DNA from: Ostreococcus lucimarinus
Lineage: Eukaryota
DNA: 64,000 nt
Assembly (NCBI GenBank): GCA_000092065.1
Contig: CP000595.1
Direction: 5' to 3' (one strand)
A program made the translations under genes and the position numbers. The notes below the pieces were generated by a model. That model saw only the letters and a program-made list of their open reading frames with translations. It had not been told where the DNA came from and did not search any database. Below, piece by piece: positions 57,483-64,000 of this stretch. Each line of letters starts with the position of its first letter. Within the stretch, counting starts at the first letter, position 1.

Positions 57483-59438
57483 GGCTTACCACTCGCCGTG
57501 ACGCTCGCTCTGGCATTTTCCGTCAGGCGCATGCTCGAGTTGTCCATGCTCGTCCGCGTCCTAGGCTCCGCCGAAACCACAGGCGAAGTCACGGCTTTGC
57601 TCATCGACAAGACTGGGACGGTGACTGAAAACGACCAACGCGTTAATCGCGCGTGGATCGCGGGTGTAGATATCGGACCTCTAACGAGCAAAAGCGTGAC
57701 GTGGGCGAGTGAAATTGCAAACAAGACGCGAAACGAGCCAACGCTCGATCCTCGCGTGGTGAAACTCCTGTCGATTTTGCTCGCAATGAACTCGACCATA
57801 ACCTACGATGCCAAAGGGCAAATTTTGCGAGGAGCAAAGGCGGAAATCGCGCTGTTACGATTCGTTAACTCAATGAACAACGACGAATTGTTCGTCGCTA
57901 CGATTCGTAAGTACTTCCCTTTGGTCAAGCTCTTTCCATTCAACACTTCCAGAAAGCGCATGTGCACGCTCTTCACACTTCGCGACGGCATCAACGACGA
58001 CGAAATGGGAGACGTGATCGTTCGTGCGGTCACGAAGGGCGCATCTCAAGACATGTTGAACTTGTGTTCATCTGTCATGGACGAAAACGGCGCCCATCAT
58101 CCACTCGACGCCGCTACGAAGGATCAGCTGTCGAAAAAGTTTCTCGAATGGCAAGATGACGCGGAAAGGGTATTACTCGTCGCGTATAAGGACATCGAAC
58201 GCGATCTCATCACAACGCATGAAGCGACGAATATTTGCAGTCGAATGAGCGCCAGCGACGCTGAATCCGACCTCACGCTCGTCGCAGCAATCGGGATGTG
58301 CGACCCTTTGAGGCCAGAATCCACGAAGAGCGTGCGTTTATGTCGCCGCTCTGGCGTCGCAGTGAAGATGGTCACTGGGGATTCGTTGTCCACCGCTACC
58401 GCGGTGGCAAGGAGATGCGGAATACTCGATGAAAAAGACATGAGCACCGAAGCAACGATGACGGGTGAAGCGTTTCGAGAAGCAATTCGTGGAGAAGAGG
58501 GTCAAGAAATCGATCAATCGAAACTCGATGCCATTTGGCCGAATTTGCGAGTGCTCGCTCGCGCGTCGCCACAAGACAAATTCATCCTTACCGATGGTAT
58601 ACGCAACACAAAGCTATCGGGACGAAAAGAAGTTGTAGGGGTTGTAGGCGACGGCACAAACGACGCGCCCGCACTTCGACGCGCCAATGTCGGTTTCGCT
58701 TTAGGCTCGGGGACGGAGTGCGCCAGAGATGCAAGCGATATTGTTCTTCTGCAGGACGATTTTTCTTCCGTCGTCGACGCCATTCGTTACGGCAGGAACG
58801 TGTTTGAATCAATCGAAAAGTTTATCACGTTCCAACTGACGGCGAATTGTACGACAATCATTCTGTCCACCGGCTGCGCACTTGTGTATGCGAAGAGCCC
58901 GCTGAACGCCATCGAGCTATTGTTTGTCAATCTTGTCATCGATTCGTTGGCAAGCTTAGCGCTCGCGACGGATGAGCCGAGCGACGACGTGATGCGACAG
59001 CCTCCGTCAGATGCGAGCAACCTCATCACGTCAACCATGCGGCTCAATATCTTCACCCAAGTTTCGTATCAGCTCGCCGTCATGGCGTACTTGCTCAACG
59101 AATTCGGCCCGGAAGACACCCAAATCTACTGTTGCTTCGTCTTGCTTCAGCTCGCGAATCAAATCAACTGTCGCAAAGTTACCACGGAGGTCAACGTTTT
59201 CAAGGGTGCGACGAAGAACAAGCTCTTCGTGAGCCTCTTGACGAGCGAGATTTTGCTCCATGTCGCCATCGTGCAAGCGGGCGGCGCGGTGTTTCACACC
59301 TCTCCGCTCAATGCGGGAGAGTGGCTGCGATGCACCGCGTTCGCGCTCGGGGCGATTCCTCTGCGCGCATTGTTCGTGACATTTTTTGTTTCACTCTTCG
59401 CCGCGTTTCGGGAAGAGGACGCGTTGCACCATCACTAG
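57483..59438 (+). CDS. PMCA-type Ca2+-ATPase exon 2
   Basis: Acceptor caacacag|GGCTTACCACTCGCCGTGACG with a GACTGAC branch at 57450. GLPLAVTLALAFS, DKTGTVTEN (phosphorylation site), VGDGTNDAPALRRANVGFALG (hinge), and C-terminal TM7-10. Confidence 0.8.
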   Translation, partial: GLPLAVTLALAFSVRRMLELSMLVRVLGSAETTGEVTALLIDKTGTVTENDQRVNRAWIAGVDIGPLTSKSVTWASEIANKTRNEPTLDPRVVKLLSILLAMNSTITYDAKGQILRGAKAEIALLRFVNSMNNDELFVATIRKYFPLVKLFPFNTSRKRMCTLFTLRDGINDDEMGDVIVRAVTKGASQDMLNLCSSVMDENGAHHPLDAATKDQLSKKFLEWQDDAERVLLVAYKDIERDLITTHEATNICSRMSASDAESDLTLVAAIGMCDPLRPESTKSVRLCRRSGVAVKMVTGDSLSTATAVARRCGILDEKDMSTEATMTGEAFREAIRGEEGQEIDQSKLDAIWPNLRVLARASPQDKFILTDGIRNTKLSGRKEVVGVVGDGTNDAPALRRANVGFALGSGTECARDASDIVLLQDDFSSVVDAIRYGRNVFESIEKFITFQLTANCTTIILSTGCALVYAKSPLNAIELLFVNLVIDSLASLALATDEPSDDVMRQPPSDASNLITSTMRLNIFTQVSYQLAVMAYLLNEFGPEDTQIYCCFVLLQLANQINCRKVTTEVNVFKGATKNKLFVSLLTSEILLHVAIVQAGGAVFHTSPLNAGEWLRCTAFALGAIPLRALFVTFFVSLFAAFREEDALHHH

Positions 59439-59462
59439 AATTTTTAGATTACATCAGAACTT

Positions 59463-60785
59463 TCACGCCGCGTCGGCGAACACAGGTAACGCACAGCGCT
59501 TCCAATGATCGTCCCACGTTTGCTCTCCCCATTTCGCCGCGCCGTGTTTCAACGCTCTGAGCGTGAGGCGTTCGTCGCCACGGAGAAGTTTCGCGAACAT
59601 CGCCGCGAGTTCGGTGGCGTCGGCAAAGAGCACGCCGTTGACGCCCTCTTGCACGAGCTCTCCGATGACAGCGTACCGCATCGCGGCGACGGGTAACGAT
59701 GCCCCAAACATATCCACAATTTTCATCGGTAAATCTAAACCGCTGCTCGAGGTGTGCAGGGAGACGCCCAGGTGCGCGTTCGCGAGCGCGCGCGGATAGT
59801 CAGCGGCGTCGAGCCAGACGGTTCGAAACGCCACGTGCTCGAGCGCGAGTTCGTTAATCTTCTTCTCGTACATCGTCTTTCGTGGGCCTTGACCGGTGAT
59901 AATTATGACGATGTCAGGGTACGACTTTGACGCATGATCGCCCTTCGCGCGCTTGCGCGCGTCGTACGCGACGGCGGCGTCAAGCAAAACGCCAAAGTCT
60001 TCATCCGGCGTCCACGACGTCGAACTCACGATGAACCTCGGCTTATTCTTCGTCATATTCTCGTGCGTGCCCCGCAAAAACCGATCGAGCGCGTCCTCAC
60101 TCCGCGCGACGGGCGAAGCCTCCAGCGCCGAGCGCGCGGGTTCGCTTCTCCAAAATTCCAACGGCGTCGTCGCCTCGCGCGCCGCCTCTCGAAATCGCTC
60201 CGCCGCGCGGTCTTCCACGACGCGCGCGCCCTCAATCTTCCATTCTTTCTCCAAAAAGTTTCCCATCGCCTTCGTCACGCACACGTGCGCGTCTCCCCAC
60301 ATCTTTCCCTGCGTCCGTTCGTACCATTTCAACATTCGCGTCGTCGCGCTCGCGTCGCCGCGCTTCATCCCGAACAGCGTGTACGCGAAATTATGCCAGT
60401 CCACCACCAACCGCGTCCGTCGCGCGCGACACACGATTCCGCACACCAAAAACGTCGGCACGCACGGCGGGTTCTGTATCAGCATCTCTTCGCACCGCTG
60501 CATCGTCATCAGGATCCAAAACAAGTGCGCGCACTGCGCCGCGACGCGCGTCCCGAGCGCGAGCGCGAGCGGGACGCGCGTCAACCACCGCCACCGACAT
60601 CCCACGACGTAACGCATCGTCACCGCGTCTTCGCGAGACAGCGCATCGATCGGAGGCGTGCCCGAGTAACACACGACGTCGACGGCGCGATCCGCGTCGC
60701 GCGCGAGCGACAGCGCGTGGTATTGCATTCGAGGCGAACGACCAAAGTCGCCCAAAACCACGAGCGCGGTGCGTCGTTTCGTCAT
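59463..60785 (-). CDS. ALG1: ALG1 chitobiosyldiphosphodolichol beta-1,4-mannosyltransferase
   Basis: ALVVLGDFGRSPRMQYHALSLA is the ALG1 hallmark. GVSLHTSSSGLDLPMKIVDMFGASLPV is the GT1 C-domain. ATG at 60783-60785. The stop is only 25 bp from the convergent Ca-ATPase stop. Confidence 0.85.
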   Translation of the reverse strand: MTKRRTALVVLGDFGRSPRMQYHALSLARDADRAVDVVCYSGTPPIDALSREDAVTMRYVVGCRWRWLTRVPLALALGTRVAAQCAHLFWILMTMQRCEEMLIQNPPCVPTFLVCGIVCRARRTRLVVDWHNFAYTLFGMKRGDASATTRMLKWYERTQGKMWGDAHVCVTKAMGNFLEKEWKIEGARVVEDRAAERFREAAREATTPLEFWRSEPARSALEASPVARSEDALDRFLRGTHENMTKNKPRFIVSSTSWTPDEDFGVLLDAAVAYDARKRAKGDHASKSYPDIVIIITGQGPRKTMYEKKINELALEHVAFRTVWLDAADYPRALANAHLGVSLHTSSSGLDLPMKIVDMFGASLPVAAMRYAVIGELVQEGVNGVLFADATELAAMFAKLLRGDERLTLRALKHGAAKWGEQTWDDHWKRCALPVFADAA

Positions 60786-60951
60786 CGCGGCGCGCGCGCG
60801 GGCGCGAGCGGGCGCGTCGAGGTCGCGCGCGCGCGCGGGCCGCGTCGGGACGCGGCGAAGACGCGCGGTCGCGCGCGGCGAGAAGTGCGGCGCCGCGCTC
60901 GCCAGTGGGCGAGATATTATTGATAATCTTTCGCATCGTCGCGCGCTCTGG

Positions 60952-61764
60952 TCATCGACGGGCGAACTTACCCTTACCGCGTCCGCCGCCGCGTCCGCCG
61001 CCGCGTCCGCCGCCGCGTCCGCCGCGACGGGCGTCTCGCGCGTCTTCAAATTTGGCCTCCTTGGCGTTCGCCTTGCGCTTGGACCCTGGCAACGCGTCGC
61101 TGTCGTCGCTGCTGTCGTCGCTGCTATCGTCGTCCGACGCATCGTCGGATTCAGATTCTTCTTCGTCTGAATCGTCCTGTTCGGAATCCTCGCTCTCGCT
61201 CTCGCTCTCGCTCTCGCTCTCGTCTTCGCCTTCGTCTTCGTCTTCGTCGCTCGCCTCGGCTCGTCTCGCCGCCGCCGCCGCCTTCGCCATCGCCTTCGCC
61301 TTCACCATCATGTCCTCCTCACCGTCGCTCTCACTCTCGCTATCATCGCTCTCGCCGTCTTCTTCGCCGTTACTTTCGCTGTTCTCTTCGCTCTCATCGC
61401 TCGAATCGTCGCCGCCGAGCGACGCCGTCGTCGCCTCGACCCGCCCCGTGAGGCACACCTCCGCCTCGCGTCCGTTGTGCGACACCACCACTCGTTCGCC
61501 GTCGCCGAAGCACAGCCCGGAGCCTCCGATGGCGAACTGTTCGCGTCCGGGCGCGTCGCTCACGCTGCCGAGCGCGATGGCGTCGGTTTTCCCGTCGCCG
61601 CCGCCACCTCTGGTCGCGACTTGGACGGTGATTCTTTCGTCTTTACTCGCGCGTTTCGGGCCCTCGCACGTCAGGGCGACGTGGGTGAGGACGACCATGG
61701 ACCCGCGCGACGGGGTGAAGGCGCGGCCGGCGCCGGCGGGGACGCGGAGTTGGAAGAGTTCCAT
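60952..61764 (-). CDS. Nucleoplasmin-like-domain acidic nucleolar-type protein (plant HD2/HDT-like N-domain, Asp/Glu/Ser-rich middle, C-terminal RGG box)
   Basis: MELFQLRVPAGAGRAFTPSRGSMVVLTHVALTCEG...ITVQVAT...IALGSVS...VVVSHNG parallels HD2 MEFWGVEVK...LHLSQAALGE...VLLSVKV...LVLGTLS...FELSH. It is followed by (ESES/DD)n and then GRGGGRGGGRGGGRGKGK. Confidence 0.5.
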   Translation of the reverse strand: MELFQLRVPAGAGRAFTPSRGSMVVLTHVALTCEGPKRASKDERITVQVATRGGGGDGKTDAIALGSVSDAPGREQFAIGGSGLCFGDGERVVVSHNGREAEVCLTGRVEATTASLGGDDSSDESEENSESNGEEDGESDDSESESDGEEDMMVKAKAMAKAAAAARRAEASDEDEDEGEDESESESESESEDSEQDDSDEEESESDDASDDDSSDDSSDDSDALPGSKRKANAKEAKFEDARDARRGGRGGGRGGGRGGGRGKGKFARR

Positions 61765-61820
61765 CGCGGCGGCGTGTGCGGCGCGAGGGCGAGCGCGAGG
61801 CGGAGACGCGCGTTACATAA

Positions 61821-62839
61821 TTATGCAAATTTAGTGCGCGCGACGGCGCCGGCGAGGAAGGCGGCGACGACGGTGGCGATGCGCTTGATTTTATCGTCTT
61901 TGCCCGCGCGTTTGGACGATGAGGCGTCGATGGCGTAACGCATGGACCATTGGACGCCGTACGCGTCGAGCATGACGGCTTGCGTGAGACGAAACAAGTC
62001 GCGGGCGGCTTCTTTTTCGTTTTTGAAGATGCTCACCGACTCCACGGAGACGCCGAGGGGAACTTTGGATTGTTTCGTTTCGGCGATGATGCGCTCGCAC
62101 ATGGCGACGAGGATTTCCACGGACTTTTGCGCCGGGTTGTCGGCGCCGAGAATTTCGGCTTCGACGGCTTCCGGGACGGAGCACCCGAGCCACTTGATGA
62201 ATTTCATCGTTTTTTCGCGCCCACACGGGGCAAACGTGAGCACGATGCGCTTGGGTTGGATCCCCCGCCTCTCACACTCCGCACCGTAATCGTTCACGAG
62301 CTTGATCGTCATATCAGCGTCGTAAATGGCTTGAGAAATAAACCACTCCGCGCCCGCATCCGTCTTGGCGCACAGCGTCTCGTGCTCGTTTCCCTTCTTC
62401 GCGTGTCTCTCCGCGATCGTCACCCCACCGAACGCGCATCCCCTCTTAGTCTTCCTCAACATTTCCGCCGCGCGCTGAATCGTCGGTCCGGCGTACTCCT
62501 GACTCGAACTCGCGCCTCCGACGAGATTATACGCGCTCGTCTCTCGCGTGGCTTCGTCGAGCCACGACTGAAATTCGCCCTCGCTCTTCGTCTCCGCCAC
62601 GCACTTGTACACCACGCTCTCCGTCCCACCGCTCGCCTTTCGCAGCGCCGCGGCGAACGCGCCCGGATCATCGAGCTTTCGAAACGGAAACGGTCTCGCG
62701 TCCGCCGTGCGTCCGGCTTCTTCTTGAATATCGTACACGATGTACCCGTCGCACGCCAACCCGCGCGACTTTTGCACAAAGTTATCCGCCGCGTCCGCGA
62801 TGGCGTCCGCGGACGATCCTTCCAGCGGCGGCGTCACCC
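61821..62839 (-). CDS. Methylenetetrahydrofolate-reductase-like (MetF/MTHFR-fold) protein, exon 2; the gene is complement(join(61821..62839,63032..63083))
   Basis: TIM-barrel-like blocks colinear with MetF (...GGVTIAERHAKKGNEHETLCAKTDAGAEWFISQAIYDADMTIKLVNDYGAECERRGIQPKRIVLTFAPCG...). The track start at 62837 is GTG. Acceptor cag at 62840-62842 with an ACTGAC branch at 62870-62875 (minus strand). Confidence 0.45.
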
Positions 62840-63031
62840 CTGACGGCGCGAGCGCGCGTGGCGATGCGCGTCAGTCGCCGCGACGCGCGTTTCGCGTTTC
62901 GCGGTCGATCGCGCCGATGTCGAACGTCGACGCGCGTCCCGCGCGCGGTTGAAAAAGTGATCATCCACGGCGGCGACGCGAATCGCGTCGCGCTTCGCGA
63001 GCGGCGCGACGCGACGGCGAGCGCGACGCAC

Positions 63032-63083
63032 CGAACAGGAACACGGGTCGCGAGGTGTCTTTTAAGGCGTCGACGAGGGTCAT
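63032..63083 (-). CDS. MTHFR-like protein exon 1 (MTLVDALKDTSRPVFLF + G, phase 1)
   Basis: ATG at 63081-63083. Ends TTCG|gtgcgtcgcg (GTGCGT donor at 63031-63026). Splices to GG|GTGACGCCG, giving ...VFLFGVTPPLEG, which resembles the MetF N-terminal FSFEFFPP strand. Confidence 0.4.
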
Positions 63084-63159
63084 GGTGCGGGAAGGCGCGA
63101 GTGGGGCGGTGGACGGCGCGTCCCAGTGTGAGGTTTGGCTTCGGGACGGGACGAGGCGA

Positions 63160-63245
63160 CGCGCGGCGAGCGAGCGAGCGAGCGAGCGAGCGAAAGGAAG
63201 AAATGCGTCATTTGATTGAAATGCGATGCGATGCGATGCGATGTA
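63160..63245. repeat. (GCGA)8 and (GCGAT)4 microsatellites in an intergenic spacer
   Basis: gcgagcgagcgagcgagcgagcgagcgagcga at 63160-63195 and gcgatgcgatgcgatgcgatg at 63222-63245. Confidence 0.8.
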
Positions 63246-63249
63246 CGAA

Positions 63250-63996
63250 TTATGCGGGCGCGAGAGGAGGGAAGGCGTCGTCGTCGGCGCGCGCGGGTCG
63301 GCGGGTGAAGGTGGCGGCGAACCTGGCGCGGAGGGCGTCGAGGGCGCCGGCGAGCGCGGCCCAGGCGAGCAAGCCGACGATGGAGAGGAAACCGAAGACG
63401 CCGCTGGGGGCGGAGAGCTTGGATCGGAGGAGTAAAACGGCGATGCGTCGTCGTCGACGGTCCATTTGGGCGTTGCAAGCGGCACGCTCGGATCCTTCGT
63501 AGATCTCGCACGCCACGTTCTCGGGGCCGGCGCCGCTGAGCGCGGCGCGAGCGAAGGCGAACGAGGCGGCGAAGAAAGCTCGGAAGGAAAAGTTTGCCAT
63601 AGAGCGGGCGAAAGATGCTCGAGCGACCTTGACGAGCTGTGTGCGAATGCTCGGCGGAGGCAGCATACCTTCCGGACGCGCCTTCATCGCCAAACGTCGC
63701 AACGCGCTCCCGGCGGACGAGTCCACTAAGTCGTTCATCAAGCGATTGATGGCGTCCTTGGCGTGTTCGTCGGCCGTGGACGCCGCGGCGCCGCTTTCAC
63801 CTTGCTCCGCCGCCGTGTTGGCCTGCGCGCTCAACGCCACAAGCTTGGACCAATTCACGTCCCCATCTTTATCCAATAGCATTTGTTCCAACGCCTTCTT
63901 ACCGCGATCCGTTCGCGGCGACAAGGCGCGGAAAATAGCCGTCGGCGCGGCGACTTCGTACATGTTACAGTTGGTGCGCGCGGCGGCGAAATCCAA
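63250..63996 (-). CDS. Hypothetical protein with C-terminal TM segment; 5'-partial, the frame is open to the window end
   Basis: Non-repetitive ORF (…DKDGDVNWSKLVALSAQANTAAEQ…RRRRRIAVLLLRSKLSAPSGVFGFLSIVGLLAWAALAG…). The track start at 63996 is TTG, so the true start is probably beyond 64000. Confidence 0.3.
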   Translation of the reverse strand: MDFAAARTNCNMYEVAAPTAIFRALSPRTDRGKKALEQMLLDKDGDVNWSKLVALSAQANTAAEQGESGAAASTADEHAKDAINRLMNDLVDSSAGSALRRLAMKARPEGMLPPPSIRTQLVKVARASFARSMANFSFRAFFAASFAFARAALSGAGPENVACEIYEGSERAACNAQMDRRRRRIAVLLLRSKLSAPSGVFGFLSIVGLLAWAALAGALDALRARFAATFTRRPARADDDAFPPLAPA

Positions 63997-64000
63997 CGTC

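Noticed and set aside
62858-63502. 214-aa plus ORF and the 62961..63485 minus ORF in the MTHFR upstream region.
   Set aside because: Both are Arg-rich artefacts. Only the 17 codons MTLVDALKDTSRPVFLF inside the minus ORF are used, as MTHFR-like exon 1.
1-64000. A prokaryotic interpretation: operons, CRISPR, mobile elements, defence islands.
   Set aside because: The gene content is unmistakably eukaryotic (L21e, S21e, P1, SART1, EXO1, ALG1, SEL1L, Ski3, PMCA, Kish). Introns carry spliceosomal signals, and there are telomere-type repeats and TGTAA poly(A) motifs. No direct-repeat/spacer arrays, transposase or integrase ORFs are present.

Overview
This window is eukaryotic nuclear DNA: about 65% GC and extremely gene-dense, with roughly 47 protein-coding genes on both strands in 64 kb. 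Spacers between genes are mostly 25-300 bp. I found no rRNA, tRNA, CRISPR array or transposon, and there is no prokaryotic operon structure. Genes are mostly single-exon, but at least 7 carry short introns that share one grammar: a GTGCG(T/G) donor, an ACTGAC branch site 25-40 nt before a YAG acceptor. Together with TGTAA poly(A)-like motifs and TTTAGGG telo-box motifs near ribosomal-protein genes, this points to a prasinophyte green alga (Mamiellales, Micromonas-like); that attribution is inference. The six-frame ORF track is misleading in two ways. It prints GTG/TTG/CTG starts as M, and the GC-rich antisense frames give long spurious Arg/Ala-rich ORFs. Several real genes are split by introns and were missed or truncated by the track: Cpn10/HSP10 (3 exons), RPS21e, SSF1/Brix, a P-type Ca-ATPase, an MTHFR-like gene, plastid/mito ribosomal protein S16, and a small coiled-coil gene.
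Recognisable genes, in order along the window:
- TPR protein, DPH3, RPL21e, AIP/FKBP-like TPR protein, 6-phosphogluconolactonase, Cpn10
- a 1644-aa ARM+BTB protein with unusually low GC
- bacterial-type ribosomal protein S16, RPS21e, EXO1, SSF1/PPAN, ribosomal protein P1, UMP kinase, a mitochondrial carrier, COX6A, an AIG1/FAR-17a-like protein
- an alpha/beta hydrolase, DnaJ, SART1/Snu66, DUF455, a protein with a SAP-like motif, a zinc finger and a Pol-beta 8-kDa-like C-terminal domain
- HDAC (HDA14-like), a galactokinase-family kinase, a DUF4336-like protein, IspE, a PsbP-domain protein, an RCC1 protein, a Patched/SSD protein, DUF726/TMCO4, a PfkB kinase
- a protein with five GATA-type zinc fingers, SEL1L/Hrd3, Kish/TMEM167, Ski3/TTC37-like, PMCA-type Ca-ATPase, ALG1, an HD2/nucleoplasmin-like acidic protein with an RGG tail, and an MTHFR-like protein.
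All family assignments come from motif and homology recognition by eye. No database search was run.
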